Positions 1 to 13,680 of a stretch of 64,000 nt of DNA are shown here, one piece after another (position 1 is the first letter of the stretch; each line of letters starts with the position of its first letter). The notes below the pieces were generated by a model that was not told the DNA's origin, did not search any database, and saw only the letters and a list, made by a program, of their open reading frames with translations. This DNA is from Octopus sinensis (taxonomy: Eukaryota): contig NC_043002.1 of assembly GCF_006345805.1 (NCBI RefSeq), forward strand, positions 47,926,001 through 47,990,000, in the 5' to 3' direction. A program made the position numbers and the translations under genes.

Positions 1-1013
1 AGCAGCAGCAACAACAGCTAAATCTTTGCAGCAATAGCAGCAGCTTCCTGTATGATATATAACACATTTGGTCTTGTGAAATGTGATGCTACATAAGATC
101 AAGTGTTATCAAAAGTCATTTTACATATAAAAATACATGGCACTCAATGCAATCTGATAAAAGGAAAACAATACCACAATGCTGGAAACATTACTACCAT
201 AAACCTGTGAAGCAAATGATAAACATTCTTAGCTGAACAAATGTAAAATACTGGACAATACTCACTTGAACCATAGAGCATAGTATGGATTATATTCGAA
301 AAATAATTGTTAAATTTATTGTATTTTTCTTTTACTTTCTTTTACTTTGCTTCAGTCAATGTACTGCAGCTATGCTTGGGCACTGCACTTAAATGTTTAG
401 TCAAACAGATCAACCTCAGTGCTTATTTAAGTCTGGTATTTATTCTGGTCTCTTTGGCTGAACTGCAAAGTTATGGAGATGCAAACAAAACATGCAGTGG
501 GTGAGGGCAAGCAAAAAACACATACACACACATACCATATTCACTCAGAAGTTATTGGTCAGCCTGAGGCTATAGCAGAATACACTTGCAACGTTGGCTT
601 CTTAAAAACAGAGTCAAGCCAATAAATAGGATATGTAAAAAATATTCATACCAGAATGAAAACAACAAAGCAGTCTTTGTGGATGGAGGAAATATTGTTG
701 AAAGGAAGAAAAAGAAGTTATGATGTGTATAAATGCCCTTGCATAGTAAAAGTATCCAGAGTTTTTGCATTTTAGGGTTTAGAGTAAAACCCTAAAATTT
801 AGGGTTTCAAGAAAATCATAGACTGAGAGGTGTTCAGAGGTGTGATTGAAAGAGTTGAAGTGTTGAGCTATGAGTTTGAGGATATCCTGAGTATTGTTAT
901 GAGTGTAAGTTAAATGAAGTACAAAGTATTTAATCATATTGTCACTAGGCCATGGTATCTAGAAACTGATTGCAGTTCAACAATCTTTCTTTACTAAACA
1001 AAATATTTACTAA

Positions 1014-1365
1014 CTAGCACTATGCCGTGTCATAGTGCTAGTGCATGCATATACAGCTGCGTGCATGTGCACATAGACGCAAGTACTGTCCAAATCTCTG
1101 ACCAATCACATACAGCTAGCTGGCATTCAATTGGCGTATCAAGCTTCAGGCATTTTGATTGGGTTTTGGATAGAAAATTCACCAAAAAGTCATTTCTATT
1201 GATTTTTAATGGCTTTGCGGGGTGACTGGGGAAATGTAAAGATGTGCAAGACTACCCTTGGACAATTTTGAATGACCATAGAAAGTGCGGGCCCTCTAAC
1301 TGAAAAATTGTGAATTTGTATAAAGGACACACACACAGACATTTTGCCGTTTATATATATAGAGA
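1014..1365 (-). mobile_element. Non-autonomous Helitron-type element
   Basis: Minus strand starts A|TCTCTATATATATAAA plus (TG)n and ends with the palindrome actagcactatg-acacgg-catagtgCTAG|T. The termini resemble those of the 57941 copy. Confidence 0.72.
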
Positions 1366-1442
1366 TAAATATTAATTTCTGTAATAACAGTAAAAAATTA
1401 GTCATGCATTGTTATAGGGAATATACATATTTAAAGAAGCTT

Positions 1443-1660
1443 TAATCCTTTTTAATACCCACCCACCTTAGACCACCTCTGGGTCTGTGATACAAACCTC
1501 CTTTTTAAAATGATTTAAATTAAAATCTATATCAAAATTTTATGTTAATTTGTCTCAAACACCATCTTAATAATGACAGTTGTTTTACTAAATTCTTTGT
1601 TATTTTCAAAATTAATTGAAATAAAGATGTATTTCAACAGAACTACGGTAACGAGAGGGT
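1443..1660 (+). mobile_element. MITE with piggyBac-like ends (TTAA|CCC...GGG|TTAA, decayed)
   Basis: Ends ttaatcctttttaatacc and ggtaacgagagggtaaa. The body matches 48575-48955 in reverse orientation. Confidence 0.55.
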
Positions 1661-2070
1661 AAAACTCAGTGGCATAGCTGAGGGAATGGCGGAAAAGGGA
1701 TGGTTTGCCCCTGATGACACTTTTATGAGAGAAGCACTTTTGGGTCTGCTATATGAGCTTGTATAGGGTGGGTGGGTAGGACAGGGAAAACTCAAGGGCT
1801 GCACATACACTAGCTAAGTCACTGATAAAACTCCATTAGATGAAATTAAGGTCAATCCAAGATGTGGTGCATGATACAAGAGGAAAACCACGTCTACTCC
1901 TTATGAGACTATGAATGATGCTTTATATTTGCCAGACAAAAATAGTTTTTAGCTGTGATTGAACATTTGTGATTAAGAGTTTATCTTGAAGTACTTCACC
2001 TTAAGGTAATATTTTATCTTAAGACACTTCAAAATATTAAGATATTTCAACTTCAGATAATATATCAAAG

Positions 2071-2072
<2 letters not shown>

Positions 2073-2111
<39 letters not shown>

Positions 2112-2112
2112 T

Positions 2113-2163
<51 letters not shown>

Positions 2164-2534
2164 AATATATACATATACATATATATACACACTTATATAT
2201 ACATACATATACATATATACACACACACACATATATATACATACATATATACACACATATATATATACATACATGTATATACATATCCATATATATATAT
2301 ACATATCCATATATACATATACATATACATATATATACATATATATATATATACATATATACTAATATATATATACATATACATATACACACATATATAT
2401 ATATATATATACACATATACATATATATATATACACATATACATATACATATCCAAATATATATATACACATCCATATATACATATATACATATATATAT
2501 ACCTATATATACACACACATATATATATATATAT
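2073..2534. repeat. Compound (TA)n/(CA)n/(CATA)n microsatellite
   Basis: Direct reading; it generates the spurious Y/I/M/C ORFs in the track. Confidence 0.97.
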
Positions 2535-3468
2535 TGAATAATATATTAAAGCAAGTGTTTGGTTATGTTATCGTATGAACAAAATATTTATTAGTTTTTC
2601 CTCTTCCCATAATCTCCCAGTCATCACATCCCATATTGTCTAAAATCTTTTCCACCCAGGACCATATTTCTAGAATGCTCTGTCATTACCCATATTTCTC
2701 CAGCTATTAACTTTTAGCAGTTCATGGTAAATATTAATTGCGTAGACCTCACCCAGTTACCTTGCACCTGGGAAAGGTTATGGATAACTACCTTCTTCTT
2801 TCTCAGACATACTAACAAACACACAGTTATGTAAAGAAAGAAAAATGCTTCGAGTAATTTACAATCAAACAGCTTTTTGCTAACTTGTTATAAATAACAT
2901 TTTCATTTGGAATGAATTATTGCCAAAAATTTGACAGTTACATAAAAACGCTGGAGTACTGCCTTAGTATGTACACAGTCTCCCTTGTTAATTATAATAA
3001 TAAATAATATAATAAAATAACAGATAAATATAATGAAAATATACAACAAAAGTATATGAGTCAAGTTATGTAATTTTACTTTTATAATTTAATAATAAAC
3101 ATTCAAATATTATTCTTTTAGTTACTAACTGTTTAATTGTTTGAATTATGAGTAATTCCTGGGATTTTTTAGTCACAAATGTCATCATCCACATCATCAT
3201 TGTCATCATTTAACACACAGATTTTTATGCTTATATGGGTCAGATTGAATTTGCTGGGGCAAATTTTCTATGGTCAGATGTGTTTCCTGTTGCCAACATT
3301 CACTTGTTTCCAAGCAAGGAAATATTTTCCCATTACTAAACATGTTTTTCTCTTCAAATACTGGAAATGAACAACCTTGCTTATATGACAGTGATGCCCA
3401 TTTACAGCCATCAGTCAATGTCTAGAAAAGGTACATGCAAATACACACAGACACACATGCATATATAT

Positions 3469-3778
3469 GAAGGTGCATGGCTCAGTGGTTAAGAGCGTCG
3501 GGCTCACAGTCATGAGGTAGTGAGTTTGATTCCCAGACCAGGCTGTGTCCTTGAGTAAGATACTTTATTTTCACGCTACTCTAATTCACTCAGCTGTAGA
3601 AATGAGTTGCAATGTCACTGGTGTATTGACCTTTGCCTTTCCCTTGGATTGCATCAGTGGCATGGGCAGAGGAGGCTGGTATGCATGGGTGACTACTGGT
3701 CTTCCATAAACAATGTTACTCAGACTTGTACCTCAGAGGGGGACTTTCTCGGTACATCATGACCAAAAGGAGTCTTTA
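3469..3778 (+). mobile_element. tRNA-derived SINE, family D
   Basis: ggtgcatggctcagtggttaagagcgtcggg..gagtttgattcccagacc head. Related copy at 30061-30280 (-). Confidence 0.8.
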
Positions 3779-3791
3779 CCCTCTTACACTT

Positions 3792-3825
<34 letters not shown>

Positions 3826-3910
3826 AAGAGAGAGAGAATTATGCAGATAAACAAATTGAATATAACATCTTGGGTTTGATATGCAATATATATATATATA
3901 TATATATATA

Positions 3911-4681
3911 TTAGGTTGTTTCATATGAAATGTCACATTTTTAATTACTTGTTACTTCAGTCATTTAAAAACTCAATTATGTATACCTTGCAACTAATCT
4001 TGACTTTTTTCTTTCCCAACAATATTGATATACAAAATTTGTACCCACAGACCTTATGAAAATGATAACAACCAAACTATATTGAGTGATTTTCTTGTAT
4101 GAGTACACACTGGGTCACTCTGCCACAGAAGCTCTACAGAATATCAAGTGGGCCCTTGGTAATGGTTTTGTGATTTTGTTGACATCAGAACTGTTCAGAG
4201 ATGGTTCCAAAGCTCTCATTAAAGAGATGATAGCCTTGAAAATAAACTAAGGGGTAGGCCAAAATCAGTTATTTGGCATGTTGGATTAAATGCTTTGGTT
4301 GAACAAAATCTGAAAACAAAAGTTCACAAACTTTAATCAGAACTCCAAACATCTCACACAACTGTTTTTTGAACACCTGTAAAAAATTGGAAAAGTCAAG
4401 AAAACGGATAGGTTTATTCTACATCAACTGAACAAGATTAAAAAAAACAGATGTCTTGAAATGTGCTCCTTATTGCTTTCTTGACTGGAAAAAGACCATT
4501 TTTGCATCAAATCATTACTTGTGATGAGAAATGGATACTCTTTAATAACAGCAGAACAGAACAGTGATTAGATGCAGGAGAGTCAGCTAAACACTACCCA
4601 AACCCACCATTGCACCCTAAAAAGTTAGTGGTCACTATATGGTGGTCTTTCAAATATGACATTTCATAGGAAATAACCTCA
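3911..4681 (+). mobile_element. mariner relic with an internal deletion
   Basis: TIR-like ends ttaggttgtttcatatgaaatgtc and gacatttcataggaaataacctca. Translation gives EYTLGHSATEALQNI, IITCDEKWILFNN and PPLHPKKLVVTIWWS. Confidence 0.85.
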
Positions 4682-4808
4682 TGTATGTATGTATGTATGT
4701 ATGTATTTGTTTATCTGCCCAATTGTCTCCATACCTACTCACTTAGATTCCGCTTATAGCCACGCTTTACCCTGCGGAACTGGTCCCTTGTCTTAACCTC
4801 ATCTGTTA

Positions 4809-4845
<37 letters not shown>

Positions 4846-4869
4846 ATACATACACACACCACACACATA

Positions 4870-5028
4870 TACAACATAAACGTCTTTCAGATTCCATCAA
4901 CTAAATCCACTCACAAAGCTTTGGTCAACTCAGGGTTATAGTAGAAAACACTTGCCCAAAGTGCCATGAAAGGAGACTGAACCCAAGGCCATATGGGTGG
5001 GAAGCAAGCTTCTTAACCATACAGCCAT
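4870..5028 (-). mobile_element. SINE family A, 5' half
   Basis: atccactcacaaagctttggtc..cacttgcccaaagtgcca..aagcaagcttcttaaccatacagcca. Confidence 0.8.
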
Positions 5029-5824
5029 AACTGTAACTATGTACATCTTCAAATCTATGTTTGCAGTTATTCATAGCCAATACATTACAAAAAATTTTAA
5101 TAAAAGTAACAAACTATCTAATATATATACTTGATGTCTACAAACATCCACTTTGATTAAACCTACTGATAAATTATGAGCATCATCCCATTACCCTTCA
5201 ATAATCATATATATGATAAACTTGATAAGGCTCTCTCATATCAACTTGAGTATTCCTCAAAGCTTTCCTATCTCTCCTACTCTTTTTCACCTTTATATCA
5301 ACAAATGATTTTGAGGAAATAGAGATAAAGACTGGCAAAATTTTCCTCAAACTACATCCTCACCCTGTTATTATGAAAAATAAGACAGGGGATATTATAG
5401 ATTATGGTATACATTATTCATGAAAAACAAAAAGAAAAAAAAAATCAAAGCAAAATATTAAACATGACAAGCAGCCCATGGATCAACTTCCTTTGATCAT
5501 TGATCGATCTGTTCAATCAAAAATGATTTAGTGGTTGGCTAAATAACAACATCAAACCACTTGCTGTCACCTCTAATGACATATTCATCCTTAGGCAATG
5601 ACATTAATGCTTCACCATCTTTCAACACAAAACTCTCTTCCAGGTATAATCATTTTGCAAAATGCAGAAACCTTGAGAACACACTGCAACGAGATGTCAA
5701 CTTAGCCCTTCTCAAAAACATCCAAAACACAAAAAAATACAATTTTTCATAAGAGAATAAGCCTTAAACTACACACAACTGATGAACACACTATTAAAGC
5801 CATCAACTTTCTATAGATGTTACG

Positions 5825-5988
5825 TCCTAGACGCTGGCACAGTTGCTACATCCTACACTACAGTACAGATGCTATATCCTAAGGTACAGTACAGATACCA
5901 GATCCTAAACTTCAGTACAGATGCTGATTTTACACTACAGTACAGGAGCTACGTTCTACACTACAATATGGATACTAGATCCTATATT
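5825..5988 (+). repeat. 26-bp minisatellite, about 6.3 diverged units
   Basis: Consensus approximately TCCTACACTACAGTACAGATGCTAGA; units start at 5825, 5851, 5877, 5903, 5928, 5954 and 5980. Confidence 0.85.
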
Positions 5989-8004
5989 ATAAGTCAAATG
6001 CATAGTTCAAGAAAACTAGTTTGGGCAAATATGGAGTGGAGAGGGTAGACTTGAATGTATAGACAACTACTAGTCTTTCTCAAAAACTCTTGTCTCAACT
6101 TGCACATATATTTGCAGATGCATGATCAGTAGTGATTGATGGAAGCCCAAAAAACTGAAAGGTTAAATTTTTCCAAAGTTAGGCTCTTCTTAGAGAAATT
6201 TTCATGTACATAACAAGATATTTATACAACTTTACAGTTTACACAAATACATGTGAACAACACACATGCACATGCACAAACACATCTATTTATATGATTG
6301 TATTCCACACAGCTTTAGTTCCTAAAATTTCATAAATAGAACATTGGTGAATCCAAGGCAATGCTAAATGATGCTTGCATAAGGTGCCACACAATCAAAT
6401 CAAACCTGGAGAACCAAATTGTTATGAAACAAACATCTTATCCACACAGCCATGCCTGCATCATATGTCAGATGTAATAAAAATAAGACAGAAAATTAAC
6501 AAAACAAAATTTGTAATATTTTTAGAAGATTTCACACAAGAACTTGGATTTCTTATGCAAATCCTTTGTTGTTATTTTTTTTAAAGCAAAATAAGATATG
6601 CTAATTAGATTACACCATTCAAAAACTGTCAAGTCTTTATATTAGAAGAAATATAGAAAGAAAAAGCTAACAACAATTCTGATAGACAGATTTTTTTAAA
6701 GCCAAATGGATTAGATTCCTGCTGATGACAAATTAGTTAATAATATTAGAAATGATGACAGCTAAAGATGGTGATTCATAGTTTTAGACATTGTCTACTG
6801 TATCATGATAGTGGTCAAATACATTATGGGAGAAAATTATAATATTGGCGTCTTCAAAATAGATCTCAGTGTTTGACAAAATTTCAGAGATTGCAAGCAT
6901 TCTTCATTCATATATCTGATACTTTTAGAAAATTCTGACAAATCAATTTTCAAGGTTTTCTGTTTTCTCTTGTTGTTGATTAGCTCTAGTTAACCCTGTT
7001 CGACTAGATCTATTATCAAAGTCATTCCAAATGTAACCACTCCATCTTTTTAGAGATATGTAAGAGCATATTATTTAATGCATGCCTTCATTATTTAAGT
7101 AGGTAGTGTGAGGTTTGACAACAGTTTGGTTGCTATTTCTTATAGACTGATAGACTACATAGAGTCCCTCATCCCACCTCAATGAACAGAATGGGAGAAT
7201 GTATTGATGATTGTAAGTGTGACAAAGTGCAATAAACAAAGCTTTGGTTATACATGGGAAAAATATGAATTAAAAACATCGTGAGTAAACATTGGGATGC
7301 ATTACATGCTATAATCAGACATTCTGATCTAATGTATAATGATTAGTTGAGTAGTATTGCTTTTTAGACAAAGAGCAAACCAATAAAAACAAATAAGTAG
7401 TCTTGATAAGAAAATTATGGAAATTATCTAAAAAGTATCGCCATCACTATCATTTATGTTTCATATCCAGCAGCAGCCATCATTAGGATTTTTGTTTTGT
7501 TTCCTTTTTAAATATTATAACACTACATTGTATTAACAAGAGAAATTTGCAACAGTGACCACTTTCATTTCCTAATTGCATTAGAGACAGTAGATTATCT
7601 ACTATGAAATTATAACTGGGTTGGCTAATTAAATACCTTTCCAATCTATTTACTTATACAAATAAGAAAGATAAAATGGCCAGACAGTCAACAATTACTA
7701 CAAGTAAAGTCAAGAACAAGATAGTTTGGATCTACAGATTTATTTATTGATTGATTGAGCTGAATGTGTTGAACACATTGTCATTGTAAAAGACAGAAGT
7801 TATTCTCCTATGATGCACACTAGAGTGACTAGTATACTTTGTGTCTGAACTTGCTTGGATGTATCACAAATGAATATGCAAATGTGTTCTAGCTCTCATT
7901 GAACATGGTACAAATAATATTTTATTTCTATATTTTCAAAAAAAGATGAACTTGCGCATTTTCAACAGTATTAAGCTATAAATTCGATTTTTGAAAAAGG
8001 AGCC

Positions 8005-8213
8005 CCTTGCCAGCCTCCCATGGCATCTGTGCCGGTGGCACGTAAAAAGCACTCACTACACTCACAGAGTGGTTGGTGTTAGGAAGGGCATCCAGCTGTA
8101 GAAACACTGCCAGATCAGACTGGAGCCAGTTGCAACCTCTTGGCTTCTCAGACCCCAGTCAAACCATCCAACCCATGCTAGCATGGAAAACAGACTTTAA
8201 ACGATGATGATGA
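8005..8213 (+). mobile_element. RTE 3'-UTR-like repeat (family B) with (GAT)n tail
   Basis: Matches the reverse complement of 25795-25990: ggaagggcatccagc..ccaacccatgctagcatggaaaac..aaacgatgatgatg. Confidence 0.82.
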
Positions 8214-8335
8214 GTGAATAAATAAATCCACTAGGTAAAATAAAGGCATTTAGGATCATACCATCAAAGCTAATCTTAATCATGAATGTTAAAGAATTGA
8301 AATTGAAAAACACAAAGAAAAGGCTTGAAAGATTG

Positions 8336-8497
8336 GCGCAGCAATGGGTGTGTGGTTAAACAGTTTACTTCCTGACCAAATACTTTCATTATTCAGTCCC
8401 AATGCATGGTACCAACGACAAGTGTCTCCTATTGTCATCCCTGGCTGACCAAAGCCTTGTGAGTGGGTTTGGTGAACAGAAAATTAAATAAGACCAT
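8336..8497 (+). mobile_element. SINE family A, 5' half, abutting the Tc1
   Basis: gcgcagcaatgggtgtgtggtt..gctgaccaaagccttgtgagtgg. Confidence 0.75.
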
Positions 8498-8508
8498 CAT
8501 ATATATAT

Positions 8509-9739
8509 AGGGGTTGGACAAAATAATGTAAATACCTAGCATCATAGCATCGTAATTTTGAAATATCTATACAACCATCAAAAGCTTGTTTATTTTTATG
8601 CTTTTTGATTTATTATTAGTGTTGCTTAATATGTCTTGCTAAAATTTCTGTTTCTTTCCAGATATCATCAGAAAAAGGTAATTAAAATTCATTAAAATGA
8701 CAGATCTATTGAACTTTCAAAGAGGTCAAATTGTTGGTGCTTGTATGGCAGGCACTAGCATAATGAAAACAGCTGAAATGTTTGGTGTATCAAGAAGTAC
8801 TGTCTCAAAAGTAATGACAGCCCTTGAGAAAGAGAGAAAAGCCTCCTTGTTAAAACAAAACTCCAGAAGAAAACCAAAGCTTTCAGATAGGCGACCGTCG
8901 GACTCTTACACAAATTGTTGTAAAAGGATCACAAAATTAATGACCATCTTGAAAATCCAGTTTCCACAAAAACTGTTCACCGGGAGCTGCACAAAGCCAG
9001 ATTTCATGGAAGAGCTGCAATCAGAAAACCACTACTTTCAAAAACAAAAGTTGTTAAGCATTTAGAGTGGAGTAAAAACCTATGAATTTGGCCCCTAGAG
9101 CAGTGGAAGAATGTTATTTTCTCGGATGAGTCATCCTTTACCTTATTTCCACCCACCGGCCAAGTATACAAGTGGAGACAGCCAAAAGAAGCATTTGACC
9201 CAGACTGCCTACTTCCAACTGTTAAACATGGAGGATCTGTGATGATCGGGGTGGAGGCGGGGGGCTATATCTTGGAAATCTACCAGCCCAATGGTTTCCC
9301 TTCATGGAGGAATTAATAGTCAAGACTATTTAAGCATTTTATCTGATCAAATTCATCCTATGGTTACGTAACTGTCTCCAGAGGGAAACGCAATCTTTCA
9401 GGATGATAATGCATCAATTCACAAAGCTAAAGTTGTTACTGAATGGCATGAGGAACATTCTAGTGAAGTTGAACATCTTCTCTGGCCACCACAGTCCCCA
9501 GATCTCAATATTATTAAACATTTATGGTGCATTTTAGAGTCGATATCCTCTACGATCATCTCTACAAGAACTAGAAACTGTTTTAGCTGAAGAATGGAAA
9601 AAATTCCTTTGGGAAACAATTCAAACTTTGTACAATGCCACACCTTGAAGAACTCAAGCTGTAATTACTGCCAAAGGCGATCCTACTCAATATTAAAATA
9701 AATTTGAAATTTTAAGGTGTTTCCATTATTTTGCCCAAC

Positions 9740-9743
<4 letters not shown>
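8509..9743 (+). mobile_element. Tc1-family DNA transposon, near full length, frameshifted transposase
   Basis: TIRs aggggttggacaaaataatgtaaatacct and aggtgtttccattattttgcccaacccct, both flanked by TA. ORF 8697 MTDLLNFQRGQIVG..AEMFGVSRSTVSKV (paired-like HTH); downstream frames give WKNVIFSDESSF, FQDDNASIH and WPPQSPDLNIIKHLW (DD34E-type motifs). Confidence 0.93.
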
Positions 9744-9781
<38 letters not shown>

Positions 9782-9787
9782 TAGATA

Positions 9788-10112
9788 CAGGAGTGGCTGT
9801 GTGGTAAGAAGCTTGTTTCCCATCTGTATGGTTCTGGGTTCGGTCCCACTGCATGGCACCTTGGGCAAGTGTTTTCTACTATAACCTTGGGCCGACCAAA
9901 ACCTTGTGAGTGGATTTGGTAGATGGAAACTGAAAAAAGCCTGTTGTATATATGTATATATATGTAAATATTTATGTTTGTCCCCCCCCCCCACCACCAT
10001 CACTTGACAATCAATGTTGGTATGTTTATGTTCCTGTAACTTAGCAGTTTGGCAAAAATGACCGATAAAATAAGTACTAGTCTTATAGAGAATAAGTCCT
10101 GGGGTTAATTTG
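9788..10112 (+). mobile_element. SINE family A
   Basis: caggagtggctgtgtggtaagaagcttg... through ...aataagtcctgggg. Confidence 0.87.
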
Positions 10113-10328
10113 TTATATATAAAATTTGCCACAATAAACTCCATCTGGCTCATGCAAGCATGGAAAAGAGGGCATTGAAATGATGATGATGATAATATCA
10201 ATATAGAAATGACTGTACTCATGCATTGTCAACAGACAAAAGAATGTATCTGCAATTTTCAGACTGTGATTTCATTGCAGTATTCAACATTCTAAGGAAA
10301 GTATTTCACTAACCTTCTGTTTCCTATA

Positions 10329-10491
10329 GGTAGTGCCATGGGTGTGTGACCAAGCAGTTTGCTTCTCAACTATGTGATTGCCAGTTAAGTACCCTGTATG
10401 ACACATTTCAAAAGTGTCTTTTATTATATTGCCAGACTTACCAAAACCAAAGCCTTGTGAATGAATTTAGTAGACAGAGACTAAAAGAAAC

Positions 10492-10495
<4 letters not shown>
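10329..10495 (+). mobile_element. SINE family A, 5' half (diverged)
   Basis: ccaaagccttgtgaatgaatttagtagacagagactaaaagaa. Confidence 0.7.
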
Positions 10496-10548
<53 letters not shown>

Positions 10549-10572
10549 TTATTTATATGTGTGTGTGTGTAT

Positions 10573-10770
10573 CATCGTCACCATCATCATTACCGTTTAA
10601 CAACCACTTTCCATGTTGGCATGGATTGGACAGTTTGACATGGAGCTGGGTAGCTGGTAGCTGTCTAGACTCCATTAGTCTGTTGTTGCATGGCTTGTAT
10701 GGTCAGATGCCCCTGCTAATGTCAACCACTTAACAGTGTGCTGGGTGCTTTTTACATGCTATTAGCATGG
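10573..10770 (-). mobile_element. Family B repeat (diverged)
   Basis: catcatcattaccgtttaacaaccactttccatgttggcatggattggac. Confidence 0.72.
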
Positions 10771-12247
10771 TAGGTAAATTATTTGAATAATATGAATTAT
10801 CCACATGACATTGTAATTGTTTTTTTTAGAATAATCTAGAGAAATACAATTATTGCCAGTTATGTAAATCCACAATTCTTCAATCTGTAACTAGTTTGAT
10901 TAAGTGCTCACACATAAAACTCTCTCTGTTGTGTGTGTCTCCTTGTGTCCATATAATAGAATAGTTATAAAAATGAGTGTCACTGTTATGTAAGTAGAGT
11001 CTTTCATTCTCACACTTTTGGAATCAGGTGAGGGCTGGTGACAGGAAGAGCATCCCACCATAGAAAATCTGCCATAACAAATTTCATCTGACTTGTGGAA
11101 GCATGGAAAAGTAGTCGTTAAAGTAGTGAGGATGGCAACAAGGGGGATATGTAATATGTTTCCAATATTCAACACAGAATTTTGTACACATTTCAACATT
11201 TTCCTCCCCATATCCCCATTTTTTAAAAAATTCTAAGTTTTCTATTTCTCATTCCTCTTAATTCTCTCAAGAGTTTGTTCATCAAAATAATGATTACCAT
11301 GCAATGTCTACAAAAGTAAACAAAAAATTTCACAAAAAAAAACTACATTAAAGGAGAGAGCCTGTTCACTTTCAATCTATTTTGTCTTATTACAATTGTA
11401 ACATTCCTTTGACAAGTTAAAAAATAAATTTATGAGAACAAAATTATCTTAAAATATAACTGTATAAGCTGTAACTAGCTTTAATATATTTAATAATGTC
11501 AGTAACATAATTTTCCACTCTATGGTATTTCAGGTTACCTAATATATTGTTTCATTAATCTATTTAGTATTGGTATATTTATTATTGGCAAGTAAAATTT
11601 GTTATTATACACCATTTAGCTTCTGATTCAGCACACGCACATACAGAGATTACTTACATGTAGTAAACGCAAACACATAATGTTACCCTATTTGCATATA
11701 TTCTGTCAGTGTGGAAGAAACTCATTTCATTCTTCAGTGCATTTTTCTCAGATTGAATTGTGGTATTTGCATGTTGAAAAGTTTGGTCATTTTCATAGAT
11801 GAAACTAATATAAATCTATTTTATTTTTGCCACTATGACCCTCACCCTTCAACATCAGTTTTACATAATTTTCTCATGTTCATGTGCAATAGGTAGTTTG
11901 AAACATATAAGCCTTTCACATGTGTATTTTGTGTCTTTTCTGCAAGATCCAATATTCTCAAGGGTTATCTGGATCACTTTTTCCCAGGCTTTCCTGGAAT
12001 GGCTTTCTTGATACATTTGGAATTGATTCAAATGTATCATTTTAACTAAGACTTTTATGATAACAATATCCTGTCATTTATTATACAATATCCTATCTTT
12101 CATCCACCAGTTTGATGATATAGTATGGATATATATGTTTTTGAATATCAGTACTAGGGAAGTTCTCTCTTAAGCATGGAAAAGTTACTTTCTTTGGCTC
12201 AAAGAAATTTTTTCTACATATTAACTTGATATTTAGGTCAAATATCA

Positions 12248-12545
12248 CTGTGATCACCGAGACCGACCAGGCTATCAGATGTTGCTACACATCGCTGGTC
12301 ACAATGCGCTTCGCATTGTTTTAACCTTCAAATGATGCCATCCTGCTGGCTAAGCGAGCAGGCCAACAAAAGAAAGAGTGAGAGAAAGTTGTGGCGAAAG
12401 AGTACAGCAAGGATCGCCACCACCTCCTGCCGGAGCCTTATGGAGCTTTAGATGTTTTTGCTGAATAAACACTCACAACGCCCAGTCTGGGAATCAAAAC
12501 TGAATCCTATGACAGCGAGTCCGCTGCCCTAACCACTGGGCTATT
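12248..12545 (-). mobile_element. tRNA-derived SINE, family C
   Basis: Minus strand begins ggcacaatagcccagtggttagggcagcggactcgctgtcataggattcagttttgattcccagac, a tRNA-like head with A and B boxes. Confidence 0.85.
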
Positions 12546-12889
12546 GTGCCTCCACAGGTTAGATATGGTGAAGCAAAATGATATTCCGTTGGTTAATTCA
12601 ATGTAACAAATAGCAATACGTAAATACACCTGTCTTGTGTGTGTGTGTGTAAATGAGTGGGAGAGTGAGTGAGTGAGTAGGAAGCAGTGTTTACTTATGC
12701 ATATATATGTATACATTATCTCATAATTTGTAAAGTTCCTTGACAGTGCTTAAAGCTATGGTTAGATGAAGAAGTAATACTTAAGACTGCTAAGATCATT
12801 GGCTTTGTCTGTAAGACAGGTAGAACATTAATCAATATGTGTGTTGATATTTTAAAGAGGTTTTGGCATACAAGAATGAGAGAATCTCT

Positions 12890-13060
12890 TAGTGGTCGTT
12901 GAACCCACTAGATACAGAAATCAAATCTTCATACCACACTGCACCATCTTAAAAAAGAAGTGGTAAGAATTCAATGTCTAACGAAGCTGCTACAACCATA
13001 ACTGAAAAGTCTTTGATCATTGACTCACTCAGTCAAGTTTGATTGGATACAACAAAAATA
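12890..13060 (-). mobile_element. Old interspersed repeat family, also at about 6985-7170, 47125-47330 and 58690-58770
   Basis: Shared weak motifs (ttaagatgg/tagg tgtg..gatttg..gctatttctag) among four diverged copies. Confidence 0.45.
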
Positions 13061-13499
13061 ACAACTAAATGTAGTAAATATATTTTTTCATATTATATAA
13101 GACTTTGAGTGATTCCAAAACCAAATTTAACAAATAAAACTATTAACCAAATTGCACCAAATTGTGGTCTTGTCTTCTATGTTAATTTTCTCTATCTTTT
13201 ACTGAATCTGTACCAAGACAAGATTTCAGTATGGAATCCAAACTATGAATTATGAGATACACTGACTGCACTGGAACTAATGACACTGTGAAATACTAGT
13301 GCAACTTTAATGTTTCAGTTATTAGACAAGTTCCTTTGTTGGGTATTCACCTGTATTGCTATATATGTAATTAATGGAAGATGAATAGAATATATCTAAC
13401 ATCACTTCTATGTATCTACAAGAATATGAGAAAAAATGTGAGAAAATATAGCTGACTGAATTTTAGTAGAATGTACATTGGTAGAATATTTTAATATGT

Positions 13500-13536
13500 A
13501 AACATATATATGTGTGTGTACATGTTTTTGTGAGTA

Positions 13537-13604
<68 letters not shown>

Positions 13605-13680
13605 ATATATATTTATGTATGCATGTATGTGTGAATGAATGTACAGATGTATGTATGTATATGCATATGTATGTGTTCAT
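13500..13680. repeat. Compound (TG)/(CT)/(TA)/(TATG) microsatellite
   Basis: Direct reading. Confidence 0.93.

Noticed and set aside
770-808. TTTAGGG/CCCTAAA telomere-like motifs in a small palindrome
   Set aside because: Only three isolated units, not a tandem array.
1973-2518. Long ORFs rich in Y/I/C/M/H/T (also 13408, 26302-26801, 46105-46534, 58439)
   Set aside because: They are translations of (TA)n/(CA)n/(CATA)n microsatellites, which lack stops in some frames.
2761-2767. Minus-strand 7-nt exon-like unit tttcccag|GTGCAAG|gtaact
   Set aside because: Frame-shifting length, no supporting context.
5825-5988. CRISPR-like periodic repeat
   Set aside because: Units are contiguous with no unique spacers, the DNA is eukaryotic, and no cas genes are present.
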